Assembly: GCA_020341775.1 (NCBI GenBank)
Contig: CP070835.1
Location: forward strand, 1,692,089 to 1,756,088
Source of the DNA: Candidatus Bathyarchaeota archaeon
GTDB taxonomy: Archaea; Thermoproteota; Bathyarchaeia; Bathyarchaeales; SOJC01
Reading direction: 5' to 3'
Length of the DNA: 64,000 nucleotides
Made by a program: the position numbers and the translations under genes. The notes beneath the pieces are model-generated. The model saw only the letters and a list, made by a program, of their open reading frames with translations, was not told the DNA's origin and did no database searches. This document shows, in pieces, positions 46,375 through 55,885 of the stretch. The first letter of the stretch is position 1; each line of letters starts with the position of its first letter.

Positions 46375-46752
46375 GTGACTGAAATCAGGCAGGTTTACCG
46401 GTGTGATGTGTGTGGAAACATAATCGAGGTTTTACATGAAGGAGCTGATTCGCTTGTGTGCTGTGGCCAGCCAATGAGTTTGCTGGCTGAAAAAACCACC
46501 GATGTTGGCTTGGAAAAACATGTCCCAGTTATTGAAAAGGCCGGAAACGAAGTTACCGTCAAAGTCGGTAGCATTCCTCATCCCATGGAACAAAACCATT
46601 ACATTGAGTGGATAGAGATAGTTGCTGATTCAACATCTTGCAGGAAATTCCTGAAGCCCAACGAAAAACCGGAAGCTGTGTTCGAAACAAAAGCAGGAAT
46701 GCTGAAAGCTCGAGAATACTGCAGCATCCATGGTCTTTGGAAGAGCCAATGA
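46375..46752 (+). CDS. dfx: desulfoferrodoxin (2Fe superoxide reductase)
   Basis: Centre I cysteines CDVCGN...VCCGQPM. Centre II ligands KHVP, PHPM, HYIEW and CSIHGLW. GAGGAGGTG RBS before the GTG start. Confidence 0.92.
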   Translation: MTEIRQVYRCDVCGNIIEVLHEGADSLVCCGQPMSLLAEKTTDVGLEKHVPVIEKAGNEVTVKVGSIPHPMEQNHYIEWIEIVADSTSCRKFLKPNEKPEAVFETKAGMLKAREYCSIHGLWKSQ

Positions 46753-46803
46753 CGTTTGAAGGCGCACGCGCAAGCATTATATTGAAAAGAAGACTATCGG
46801 TCT

Positions 46804-48360
46804 ATGGCGATCAATATGGCCGAACCAGCAAAGGCGTTAAAATCAGATTATGATCTGTTGATGGCAAAAGCAAAGGACATCATCATTATTGGGTCAATTC
46901 AATCTCTCGCCAGTTGGGACATGGAAACTAAAATGCCCCCTAAAGGAATAAAGCAGCGAAGCCAGCAACTCGCCATTCTCAGCCAAATTGAACATCAAAT
47001 GACCACCAGTTCTGAAATCGGCACTCTGCTCTCAAAAATTGAGAAACACGTTGCCTATGAAACTTTAAATGAGCTGCAAAAAAGAAACGTATACCTAATG
47101 AAGAAGCAGTATGACGAGCAAACCAAACTTCCAGAAAAGCTTGTTGTCGAGACTGCTCGACAGCAGGCCCTCACAATTGACACGTGGAAGAAGGCGAAGA
47201 CAGCAAAAGATTTCTCCATGTTCAAACCAGAACTCGAAAAACTGCTCGCCCTGAGAAAGGAAGCCGCCAAGATTCTCATGAAAGTAAAAGAAACCAGAAC
47301 TCCATACGACGCGTTGATTGATATCTTTGAGCCAAGAATGACCTCTGAGATGATTGCCAAAATTTTTGGAGAACTGCGAGAAGGGCTCGTTAAGATCATT
47401 AAAAAATGTGCAACCGCCCCGGAGAAACCCCAAGCATCAATCCTCATGCGCAAGATTCCGCCAAGTGTGCAGCAGAAAATTTCGAACGAGCTTGCCCAGT
47501 TTATTGATTATGATGTGAAATCTCCTAAGGCGGGAGGACGAATCGATGAGACTGAGCATCCGTTCACGAACGGCTACTACGACGACGTACGGATTACAAC
47601 TCACTACTACGAAAACAACCCAGCATCTTCTTTGTTCTCAGTGTTGCACGAGGGCGGACATGCGATTTACGAACAGAACCTCAATCCAGAATGGCTCTAC
47701 CAGCCGGTGGGTATGGGAGCTTCATTAGGGTTTCATGAGTCGCAGTCACGTTTTGTAGAAAACATCATTGGACGCTCAAGGGAGTTTTGGACCTACTTCT
47801 ATCCGAAGCTCAACCTGCTCGCAAGCAACGCTTTTTCGGATGTGGCGCTAGATGATTTTGTACGGGCAATCAACCAAGTTAAGCCTTCCAAGATCCGTGT
47901 TGAAGCCGATGAAGTTACTTATTGTCTTCACATCATCATCCGCTTTGAGATTGAACGTGAGTTGATCGCCAACAAAATCGCTGTAGCAGATCTTCCAGAG
48001 ATTTGGAACCGAAAATACCACGACTACCTTGGCGTGGAAATCCAAAACGACTCGGAAGGTGTCATGCAAGACATCCACTGGGCAAGTGGGTACTACGGCT
48101 ACTTTCCAACATATGCGCTGGGCAACATATACAGCGGACAGCTACTCACCAAATTGAGAAAGGACATACCTATCTGGCAGGACCAGATTAGAACTGGCGA
48201 CTTTCTCCAAGTGAAAAAATGGCTGACCGAGAATGTTCATCAGCATGGAAACCTATACGACCCAGCTGACCTCATCAAGAGAATAACTGGTGAGTCACTC
48301 AATGTCCAGCCTTACCTCAAATATTTGGACGAGAAGTGCGCTTGGATTTATGGGTACTAG
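46804..48360 (+). CDS. M32 carboxypeptidase (carboxypeptidase Taq family)
   Basis: All family blocks present: HPFT, DVRITT, HEGGHAIYE, GFHESQSRF, IRVEADEVTY, GVMQDIHWASG, YFPTYALGN. Confidence 0.92.
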   Translation: MAINMAEPAKALKSDYDLLMAKAKDIIIIGSIQSLASWDMETKMPPKGIKQRSQQLAILSQIEHQMTTSSEIGTLLSKIEKHVAYETLNELQKRNVYLMKKQYDEQTKLPEKLVVETARQQALTIDTWKKAKTAKDFSMFKPELEKLLALRKEAAKILMKVKETRTPYDALIDIFEPRMTSEMIAKIFGELREGLVKIIKKCATAPEKPQASILMRKIPPSVQQKISNELAQFIDYDVKSPKAGGRIDETEHPFTNGYYDDVRITTHYYENNPASSLFSVLHEGGHAIYEQNLNPEWLYQPVGMGASLGFHESQSRFVENIIGRSREFWTYFYPKLNLLASNAFSDVALDDFVRAINQVKPSKIRVEADEVTYCLHIIIRFEIERELIANKIAVADLPEIWNRKYHDYLGVEIQNDSEGVMQDIHWASGYYGYFPTYALGNIYSGQLLTKLRKDIPIWQDQIRTGDFLQVKKWLTENVHQHGNLYDPADLIKRITGESLNVQPYLKYLDEKCAWIYGY

Positions 48361-48377
48361 CGATGTTAGCGTGCGGC

Positions 48378-49139
48378 TCAGAATAAAATTTGGCAAGGCA
48401 CATTGCAACCTTCAAAAGCCGTGGCAAATTCCTTCTTCTTCTCTTTGAAGAATGTGTCAGTGAGCGCGTATTCTAATCCATATTTTTTGTAGACCCAGTC
48501 GGCATAATGGTAGTTCATCTTGTCGATTAGCACGTGATCGACCTTGTTGCATAGAATGGGCACTAATTTTTCTGCTCCTGGAAGGAGCGGCGCAATCATC
48601 GCGAAGGTCTCAACCCCTGCACTGTTTAGTCTCTCCAATGTTTCAATTCTCTCTCGGATTGTGGGTGAGTTGGGCTCGAAAATTCTCCTGAAATTCTCGT
48701 TTGCAGTTGTGACCGTAAGCCCTACCTCAATCTCTCTGAATTGCCTCAGCAGATCCAAGTCCCGCAACACAAGCGGCGACTTCGTTTGGACAGTAACCGG
48801 CCAACCTTGCTTCAACAAGACCTGTAGACACATTCTGGTTATTTCATATTTCTTCTCGACAGGTTGGTATGGATCACATACTCCACTCACCCAAACTCTC
48901 CCAAGCTTTTTCCTTCGGACTTCACGATTCAACAGAGTTGCCGCGTTTATTTTGACGTCTACAAACGTGCTCCATGGTTCTCTATGACCAGTGAATCTTT
49001 TCATGAAATGAGCATAGCAATAGGTGCATCCATGTTCGCAGCCGACATATGGGTTTACGGTGTAGTCTGCCACTTTGGATTTGGACAAGATCGTCTTTGC
49101 ATACACTTCTTTAATGATCATGAAGCCACATTCGCACAA
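48378..49139 (-). CDS. radical SAM protein (SplB/COG1533-like)
   Basis: VNPYVGCEHGCTYCYA (CxxxCxxC). 253 aa with no SPASM-type extra cysteine cluster. Lies 17 nt downstream of the PadR gene. Confidence 0.8.
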   Translation of the reverse strand: MCECGFMIIKEVYAKTILSKSKVADYTVNPYVGCEHGCTYCYAHFMKRFTGHREPWSTFVDVKINAATLLNREVRRKKLGRVWVSGVCDPYQPVEKKYEITRMCLQVLLKQGWPVTVQTKSPLVLRDLDLLRQFREIEVGLTVTTANENFRRIFEPNSPTIRERIETLERLNSAGVETFAMIAPLLPGAEKLVPILCNKVDHVLIDKMNYHYADWVYKKYGLEYALTDTFFKEKKKEFATAFEGCNVPCQILF

Positions 49140-49156
49140 GTGTCATGAGCGTCTAA

Positions 49157-49486
49157 TTACTTCTCTTCATATTCGTGAAAGATCTCTCCAAAAGCACTGC
49201 AAAAGTACCTGCACGCTTTCTCCATCGCTATCTTGCCACTTTTTGTCAACGTGTAGCTAGTTGTTCTTCCCTTCCTCTCCACTTCTATCAACCCTTTCTT
49301 TCGAAGCTCTTTTAAAGCGGGATAGATTGTTCCAGCAGTCGGTTTTGTCCCTCGCCTCTTTCCCAGTTCTTCAGATATTTCCTGTCCATTCATAGGCTTT
49401 TTTGAAAGAACCCAGAGTATGTAGAAGGAAAGCATACCACGCATGTCGCAGCAATCGGGCGGCGGGGGACAACATCGTTCAGCCAT
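49157..49486 (-). CDS. PadR-family transcriptional regulator
   Basis: LSFYILWVLSKKPMNGQEISEELGKRRGTKPTAGTIYPALKELRKKGLIE is the PadR wHTH signature. Confidence 0.85.
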   Translation of the reverse strand: MAERCCPPPPDCCDMRGMLSFYILWVLSKKPMNGQEISEELGKRRGTKPTAGTIYPALKELRKKGLIEVERKGRTTSYTLTKSGKIAMEKACRYFCSAFGEIFHEYEEK

Positions 49487-49566
49487 AATGAAGTATTGGG
49501 GCTCCTATACATTTATATATTTCCTCATCCTATTATAGGACATCCAATAAATCAGAGGTGGCTGAG

Positions 49567-49638
49567 ATGGAAGAAAAGAAACGACTAAAAGAAAAGAAAG
49601 CAGAAACCAAAGCATCCTGCTGCTCAGGCTGTTGCTGA
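49567..49638 (+). CDS. candidate 23-aa micro-ORF with Cys-rich C-terminus (MEEKKRLKEKKAETKASCCSGCC)
   Basis: Own translation; below the ORF-track length cut-off. AGAGGTGG lies 7 nt upstream of the ATG, TTTATATA about 50 nt upstream, and a T6 tract about 70 nt downstream. Divergent from padR. Confidence 0.3.
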   Translation: MEEKKRLKEKKAETKASCCSGCC

Positions 49639-49708
49639 TTAGCTACGGCAGTCGAGGCTTCCAGGAGCACTGCAAACAACAAGGCGCTAATTACCATCCC
49701 TTACACGC

Positions 49709-49714
49709 TTTTTT
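49709..49714 (+). terminator. oligo-T tract downstream of the micro-ORF
   Basis: GCTTTTTTCTCC, 71 nt after the TGA. Confidence 0.3.
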
Positions 49715-49947
49715 CTCCTTATCGGCTCCCCAATAACGCGACTAGCCACTGCACTTCACGAACCCCCAATCCGCGTTAACACAACACAGCAAAATGTGCT
49801 GCGCGGCGCACGCGCTCTCTCTTCACTTCCGCTTTCCTCTCCACCCTCCTAAGATTTCTCTGCTCCACAGTCATTATATACAAAAGCCCAACTGATGATC
49901 CTCCGCTTCCGGTTCACCTACGTCCAGTCTCAAGATGATAGTAGGCG

Positions 49948-50568
49948 TTGCCAATGCAGTATCGATTTAAACATCTAGAGTACAATGGATTGAAAGGTGT
50001 AATTGGCGAGCATTTAGCAAGAAGTTTCCTACGGAGAAACCTGTTTCCCCATCTGATTCAGAAAGAAGGTTGGGACCATGTTGTGCTCAGCAATAACCAC
50101 TACAAACAGCACGCATGGACTTGGCGAACAAAGCTGTTTGATTTTGACCAATTCCGAGACGACTTCATTATTCATGGCTTCTACGCAAACAGAAAGCTTC
50201 TTTCCAAGTATGCCTCTACGGTAGGCGTTTTAGAACTCAACCACTGCACTCCCGATGGCTTGCTATTCAAACTCAAAAGAACGGGAAAGACAAGGAGATT
50301 GATAGAGAAAACATGTCCTTCCATTGCCAAACTGCGGATTGACGGTTTGAAGCAGGGAAACGCCTTCGTGTTACCAATGGTTGGAGGCGATCTTGAAATC
50401 GTCGAGATCAAATGCGGGCGCAATGCGAAGTTGATGGACAAACAGAAGAAAACCTATAACGATTTAATCGCAAAGGATGTTCCTCTTAGACTGATCAAAG
50501 TAAGAATTGTTTCCTTCGATCTTAACAGATTCCTAGTGGAGGAACATAAATATGACAAATTTGTGTAA
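49948..50568 (+). CDS. PD-(D/E)xK nuclease-fold protein (Hjc/VRR-NUC-like motifs), overlapping the dinB start
   Basis: Ordered motifs GVIGEHLA (helix Glu), TPDGLLFK (Asp on strand), LEIVEIKCG (E-x-K), then MDKQKK (Gln). 3' end overlaps the dinB start by 17 nt. Confidence 0.5.
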   Translation: MPMQYRFKHLEYNGLKGVIGEHLARSFLRRNLFPHLIQKEGWDHVVLSNNHYKQHAWTWRTKLFDFDQFRDDFIIHGFYANRKLLSKYASTVGVLELNHCTPDGLLFKLKRTGKTRRLIEKTCPSIAKLRIDGLKQGNAFVLPMVGGDLEIVEIKCGRNAKLMDKQKKTYNDLIAKDVPLRLIKVRIVSFDLNRFLVEEHKYDKFV

Positions 50569-51634
50569 TGGGGAGCATATCATACTCCATGTTGACATGG
50601 ACCATTTCTTTTCTGCTATTGAAGAGCGGGAACATCCTGAATTCAAAGGCAAGCCTGTAGTAGTAGGCGCTGACCCCATGATGGGTGCAGGTAGAGGAGT
50701 AGTCAAAACGTGCAACTATGAAGCGAGAAAATACAAGATACATTCAGGCATGCCGATTTCAAGAGCTTGGCAGCTGTGTTCAAAAGCCATCTACGTACGA
50801 GCCAACTATCAACTTTATAAGAAGGTGTCTAAAGCAATCATGACGATTCTCAGACGATACTCCATCCAGTTTCAGCCTTGGGGTTTCGACGAAGCCTTTC
50901 TCGACGTCAGCAACGCAGCCCAAAACTATGAAGAAGCTGCAAAATTAGCGGTGGCGATAAAACATGACATTCTCTGGAACGAGACGCTGACCTGTTCCAT
51001 AGGCATCGCACCCAACAAGTTGGTCGCCAAGATAGCAAGCGATTTCAAGAAACCTGATGGCTTAACGGTTGTCAAGAGGAATCATGTGAAGCAATTCCTA
51101 GCGCCTTTACCAGTGCAAAAAATGTTATGGATAGGCAAAAAAACCAAGCTCAAGTTGAACAAAATCGGAATTGAAACGATCGGCGATCTTGCGAATCATG
51201 ACATTTCAACACTCGTTGAAATGTTCGGGGTCATGGGAAGACGTTTTCACCAATGGTCACTTGGGGTGCACATGTCAGAGGTTAAAAACAGAACCGGCAC
51301 AAGGAAATCCATAGGTCACCAGAGCACTTTTTCAGTAAATACTAACGATATGAACATCATCATAAAGCGACTCGACGAAATCTGTCTAAGAATCCATAGC
51401 AGATGCATCAAATATAGGACAGCCTTCAGAACGGTCACTGTTATAATCAGATTTGGCGACTTTCAAACCTTCAGCCATGGAAAGACGCTGCCATTATTCA
51501 CACAAAGTCTCCAGACGCTCCAGAAAACATCACTTGAACTCACGCAAGGCCTTCTTAAAGAGAAACGAACAACAAGATTGGTAGGCGTGAGGGTCTCCAA
51601 CCTGAAATCCAGTGAGGGCCAGGAAACTTTATAG
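50552..51634 (+). CDS. dinB: Y-family DNA polymerase IV (Dpo4/DinB)
   Basis: ILHVDMDHFFSAIEEREHPEFKGKPVVVG, FDEAFLDVS, SIGIAPNKLVAKIASDFKKPDGLTV. Confidence 0.92.
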   Translation: MTNLCNGEHIILHVDMDHFFSAIEEREHPEFKGKPVVVGADPMMGAGRGVVKTCNYEARKYKIHSGMPISRAWQLCSKAIYVRANYQLYKKVSKAIMTILRRYSIQFQPWGFDEAFLDVSNAAQNYEEAAKLAVAIKHDILWNETLTCSIGIAPNKLVAKIASDFKKPDGLTVVKRNHVKQFLAPLPVQKMLWIGKKTKLKLNKIGIETIGDLANHDISTLVEMFGVMGRRFHQWSLGVHMSEVKNRTGTRKSIGHQSTFSVNTNDMNIIIKRLDEICLRIHSRCIKYRTAFRTVTVIIRFGDFQTFSHGKTLPLFTQSLQTLQKTSLELTQGLLKEKRTTRLVGVRVSNLKSSEGQETL

Positions 51635-51680
51635 CCACGCGAAATTGAACGCGCGAAGCGGTGAAGACTAGAAGCTTTAA

Positions 51681-52454
51681 TTGGGCACGCGAGAATTACT
51701 GTGCAAATTCAATTGGTGCGGCTCATTGGCGTTAATGAATAAAGTGCTCATCGTCTCCTTGCACGAAACTTCGGAAATAACCAGTCTATTAACGAAGAAC
51801 ATGTTTGAGATAGTCCAAGAAAACCCGGACTTCATCGTCTGCTACGGCGGGGACGGAACGGTATTGTTTGCGGAGAGAATCTTTCCAGGAATACCGAAAC
51901 TCATCGTGAAAAAATCTAACGGCTGCAGAAAATGTGATTACGCTTTGTCGGATGCTTCAACGGTCCTATCACGCATCAAGGCTGGAAATTACGAGATGCA
52001 AAAGATGATCAAACTCGAAACATCATTTGAGGATAGGAAACTAATCGGGCTTAATGAAATCCAAGTCCACGTGAAACTGCCAATTCACGCAATTAGATTC
52101 ACTGTTTCCCTTGACGGTCGCAAACACGTGGACCTGATTGGCGACGGAGTAATTGTCGCGACACCTTTCGGTTCGACAGGATACTACAAATCAACGGGAG
52201 GAACCCCATTCGAGAAAGGCATAGGAATTTCATTTAACAACCTGCACAACAAAAAGGTTGAGAGCTTCGTTGCTTCGGAAAGTGCTACGGTGAAGGTAAA
52301 AATCAACCGCGAGCCTGCCTTAGCTTTCGCCGACAACAATCCCCGTTCCATAGAATTAAAGGAAAATAGCCAAATTATAATTAAGAAAAGTATCGAAACA
52401 GCGACTTTTATCCAAATGGGCAAGCCGCCGCGTGAACACGCAACACTTAATTAG
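51681..52454 (+). CDS. nadK: NAD kinase
   Basis: YGGDGTVL and GDGVIVATPFGSTGYYKSTGG motifs. Likely start is ATG 51735 (MNKVLIV). Confidence 0.88.
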   Translation: MGTRELLCKFNWCGSLALMNKVLIVSLHETSEITSLLTKNMFEIVQENPDFIVCYGGDGTVLFAERIFPGIPKLIVKKSNGCRKCDYALSDASTVLSRIKAGNYEMQKMIKLETSFEDRKLIGLNEIQVHVKLPIHAIRFTVSLDGRKHVDLIGDGVIVATPFGSTGYYKSTGGTPFEKGIGISFNNLHNKKVESFVASESATVKVKINREPALAFADNNPRSIELKENSQIIIKKSIETATFIQMGKPPREHATLN

Positions 52455-52460
52455 TCACCA

Positions 52461-53420
52461 GTGTTGAACACCTATGAAACCGTGAAATGGGTGAATACAT
52501 TGAGCGAAGATGAAAGATTCAGCACAGGCCTCTCCACTAGAGCAATAGTGTTGATCTCAGTCCTGGCGTTCTTCTTCATATTCATAGTGGTCTTCGGGTT
52601 AATCATGGTATTTCAGGTAGGCGTTGGACATGCAGCAATCCTTGTGGATCCCTTAGCTGGCACAACCAGTAGCCCAATACTCGGTCCGACTTACGCAATA
52701 AAGGCACCGTGGGTTACGGTTGTTGACATCTACTACGCTACGGAAACGTTTGAGGCTGTGATTCCATCCTTTTCTTCGGACCAACTAGAGATGCAGATCG
52801 AAGTCTTAGTGAGGTGGTCACTCGACCCAGACCGAATCAAAGACCTCTACACTAACTATCCGAATTTAAACTACAAAGAAAGGGCGATTGAATCAATCTT
52901 GGAAGAAAGCATACGGTTAATAACCAAGAACTACACCGCGCTGGAAACTATAGAGTTCAGGAATGTTGTACGGGACCAGGTAGAAGCCGCAGTCATGCAA
53001 GAGCTGAACACAGAACCATCATTAGCAGGGGCATTGATGCGTTTTGAACTAGACCTCAAAAATATTGGCTACCCAGACAAATACACGTCAGCCATTGAAG
53101 ACAAACTGGTGGCTGAACAGCAAAAAATTCAAGCAGATTTTGAGAGAGCAAGAATATTGGTGCTGGCTAATGCGTCAGCTCAAGAAGTCGTCATCAAAGC
53201 CGAGGGTGAAGCCGAAGCAAAAGTCATAGAAGCCAACGCAACAAAAGAAGCGATCGAACTGGTTTTAGAATCAGTCGACCAGAACGGAAATCAAACAAGG
53301 ATTGCTGAGCTATATCTCTGGGTCCAAACGTTACAGAGAATTGCGCCAGAAGTCGAAATCTTCATTGTAGGAGCCGATGGCGTTCCGATATTGATCCCCG
53401 CGAATTCCACAGTTCCTTGA
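52461..53420 (+). CDS. SPFH/band-7 (prohibitin/HflC-like) membrane protein
   Basis: N-terminal TM (VLISVLAFFFIFIVVFGLIMVF), an SPFH-like core, and a C-terminal Ala/Glu-rich coiled coil (EAEAKVIEANATKEAIE). Confidence 0.75.
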   Translation: MLNTYETVKWVNTLSEDERFSTGLSTRAIVLISVLAFFFIFIVVFGLIMVFQVGVGHAAILVDPLAGTTSSPILGPTYAIKAPWVTVVDIYYATETFEAVIPSFSSDQLEMQIEVLVRWSLDPDRIKDLYTNYPNLNYKERAIESILEESIRLITKNYTALETIEFRNVVRDQVEAAVMQELNTEPSLAGALMRFELDLKNIGYPDKYTSAIEDKLVAEQQKIQADFERARILVLANASAQEVVIKAEGEAEAKVIEANATKEAIELVLESVDQNGNQTRIAELYLWVQTLQRIAPEVEIFIVGADGVPILIPANSTVP

Positions 53421-53557
53421 CACTGAATCAAAACTATTCCTCCCCTCTTTTTGCCATCGCCCAACTACTAGCACAGTATCTAAGCTGATGATCGTGCTTC
53501 TTCACATGCATGCCTACATCCAGCGTCGAACTGGCTGAGTAATCCTAGATAATAGGC

Positions 53558-53764
53558 TTAATACCTTCTCCTCGATGGTCTGCGCTTCGAATAACACTCT
53601 CGGCAGTATACGGGTCTACTTCCGTCAGGTTTGAAGGGAACTTCACAGTCTTGGCCACAATCAGCACATACCACCTTATGCATTTCACGCTTTTCTCTAT
53701 ATGACAATCGAATTACACCTCCATGCATTAGTAAACGAAAAACGAACTTCCCCATAGGACTCAT
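53558..53764 (-). CDS. small CxxC-N17-CxxC zinc-binding protein
   Basis: CADCGQDCEVPFKPDGSRPVYCRECY followed by a basic tail. The conserved part starts at ATG 53683 (MHKVVCADCG), so the real product may be only 41 aa. Confidence 0.55.
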   Translation of the reverse strand: MSPMGKFVFRLLMHGGVIRLSYREKREMHKVVCADCGQDCEVPFKPDGSRPVYCRECYSKRRPSRRRY

Positions 53765-54203
53765 TTTTCGCGTGTTTATCAGTTCTCAGTTGTATCTATT
53801 TAAACTTGCGTGCTGCGGGCATGCATAAACATTGCGAGCCCAGAATTCTCCATTCAACATGAAAGCATTCAAAGCATCTGCAAATTGGCTATCATTCTTT
53901 TCTCTCTCGGACTTTGCTTACCCACTCGGTTTTTTGTGCATATGCTTGATGTAAGGTTTCAGAACCATAGGTTGACAATTTTCTTTGCCTGTCTCGCATC
54001 CTTCTCTTAACAAGTGAAACATGCTTGTCGACACCCTTCTTCCTCAACCTAAATCACCAACAGCACGCGAATTACTAATTAGGATCAACGAACTTAAAAA
54101 TCTAAGTATGCAAAGCTGCAGAAAGCACACTTCAGAAATCGCGCAAACAGAAACTTCGACAAAAATGGGTGGATAGGCGGATCTGCGTTTCTCTCTGATA
54201 GTC

Positions 54204-54557
54204 TTATTTTTTGATTGTAATTTCCATCGTTGAGACGTTTCTGGGGTTTCCGCCTTCTCTAGGTGTGACCTCTTCAGTACCGATAGCAATGGAATGCACT
54301 TTAGCGTCTTTGAAAAATCGAGTGCGAAGGATTTCGGCAACATCAACAGCAGTACTTATGGCGCGCCCTCGTGCCTTAAGGACGACTTCGTTCGTGTCAT
54401 GCATATTGAAGGCCGTGATTGCAGCCATGACGTAATTCATTGGCGGCTTGTTCCCGATGTAGACAGTGTTTTGGTCTTTGCGGGCTTTAGGAGGAGGCCC
54501 AGGGCTTTCAACTTCTTCAACAGGTTCTTCGCTAACGGTTTTTTCTTTCTCTGACAT
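54204..54557 (-). CDS. albA: Alba DNA/RNA-binding protein
   Basis: [22 protein letters not shown]...[21 protein letters not shown]. Acidic/Pro-rich ~25 aa N-terminal extension. Confidence 0.9.
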   Translation of the reverse strand: MSEKEKTVSEEPVEEVESPGPPPKARKDQNTVYIGNKPPMNYVMAAITAFNMHDTNEVVLKARGRAISTAVDVAEILRTRFFKDAKVHSIAIGTEEVTPREGGNPRNVSTMEITIKK

Positions 54558-54658
54558 TGAATTACACCAGTTGTGTCAGGGTTGTTCATTAGAAGGCGAG
54601 ATTTTAAGTGTTACGGTACGAGGACCCTTCAATAATCGCATCCACGCGTCTTTGTGGC

Positions 54659-54850
54659 CTATTTCTCGGATTCGAGCTTCACAAGGAAGACAGTGTTATT
54701 TTTGCTGTTGTGACTTCTTTCACACTGCAATGCCACAGTTGTTCCGTCTTCACCTATCCACACGCAAATACCAACGTGTTCCCTTTCAGGATGAATTTTC
54801 TCGTCAGCCGGGATCTTCATCTTGTCTCCAATTTTTATTTCCACTATCAC
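54659..54850 (-). CDS. small hypothetical protein
   Basis: 63 aa, GTG start with GGAG 7 nt upstream. No motif recognised. Confidence 0.4.
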   Translation of the reverse strand: MIVEIKIGDKMKIPADEKIHPEREHVGICVWIGEDGTTVALQCERSHNSKNNTVFLVKLESEK

Positions 54851-55025
54851 CGCACACTCCTAAACTGTGATGCTTTCGCGCTTAACGCAGTGCATTAGCT
54901 CCTTCTCCTCATTGATCATTACCACTATTAAGTCTTTCATAAAGATGATGCCGACCCAAAAGCACATGGTAATGGTTCGCGGATAACTGGAATCCAAGTG
55001 TATAACAGATCTTCTGAGTGCTGTG

Positions 55026-55140
55026 TGGTGCCGGGGGCGGGATTCGAACTCGCGACTTCTGGGCTTGGGCTGCTTAGGCCCTTTCTTCTCGCTCTCCAGA
55101 TTATGAGTCTGGCGCCCAAACCAGGCTAGGCTACCCCGGC
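55026..55140 (-). tRNA. tRNA with CAU anticodon (elongator Met or Ile2) carrying a ~37 nt insert at the variable-region/T-stem junction; CCA encoded
   Basis: Reverse complement folds as acceptor GCCGGGG/CCCCGGC, D arm GCCT-AGCCTGGTTT-GGGC, anticodon arm CCAGA-CTCATAA-TCTGG, T arm GCGAG-TTCGAAT-CCCGC (one A-C mismatch). 115 nt versus 78 expected. G1:C72 and a non-GGG/CCC anticodon stem argue against an initiator. Confidence 0.8.
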
Positions 55141-55320
55141 TCTGGTTTCTAAGTATTGGCTTCGTTCTTAAGTCTTTTACTTCCATTCCCCTTCCATTTT
55201 GATTCAGAGCATAGCCTATCCGCACTGGAGAGTGTCTCTCAGTCCATGGGGTTTGACAACACTTATCTAAACACGATTCTTAATTCTTGGTGATAAAACG
55301 CAACGCAGGAGAAAATTCGT

Positions 55321-55842
55321 ATGGGCTATGAACAATGGTGGAAATCCTTAGAAAACCTCATAGCGGAATTACGAAGAAAACACATCACAATTGCCCCTGA
55401 AATCATGACATCTTTACGTTCTGCCAGAACTATGATAAACATCTACAAGGCTGACACCTCATATCGTGAGTCAATTCCCGCAATAGAAAATTATCTATTA
55501 GACGTAGAATCGACGCTTATAAATCTAGCAAAAGAAAAGATCAGCCAAGACTTCATGGAAAGCTGGATCAGCAAACTCGAAACGGCGAGGCAAAGTGACA
55601 AACCAGCTGCGGGAACTGTAACACCGCGATTTATTCCTGGACTGCCCAGACGCGAGCATTGGATAAGAGTTCTGCCTTCAGAAGGCATTCTCAAAGAAGA
55701 CGTTACGCGTCTTGCTGACGAGTTGGGGCTTTCTTGGAAACTGCAGAAAGACGGTTACATCCTGGTGTATGGCGTCAGAGACAAGGTAAAGGATTTTGTC
55801 AAAACAATGGCTGAAAAATGTCGACCGCCACGGAAAAATTAG
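55321..55842 (+). CDS. hypothetical protein
   Basis: 173 aa helical protein. No motif I can name with confidence. Confidence 0.55.
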   Translation: MGYEQWWKSLENLIAELRRKHITIAPEIMTSLRSARTMINIYKADTSYRESIPAIENYLLDVESTLINLAKEKISQDFMESWISKLETARQSDKPAAGTVTPRFIPGLPRREHWIRVLPSEGILKEDVTRLADELGLSWKLQKDGYILVYGVRDKVKDFVKTMAEKCRPPRKN

Positions 55843-55885
55843 ACTACTTTGTTTAAAAAACTGTTAAAGCGCAGATGAAGTTATT

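Noticed and set aside
53470-53545. TGATGA ... CTGA pair downstream of the SPFH gene as a C/D sRNA
   Set aside because: The box spacing of about 45 nt has no internal C'/D' boxes. The flanking stem is asymmetrically placed.
54860-55225. 121-aa and 60-aa ORFs on the minus strand
   Set aside because: They run straight through the CAU tRNA gene (55026-55140), and their translation is Arg/Pro-rich nonsense.
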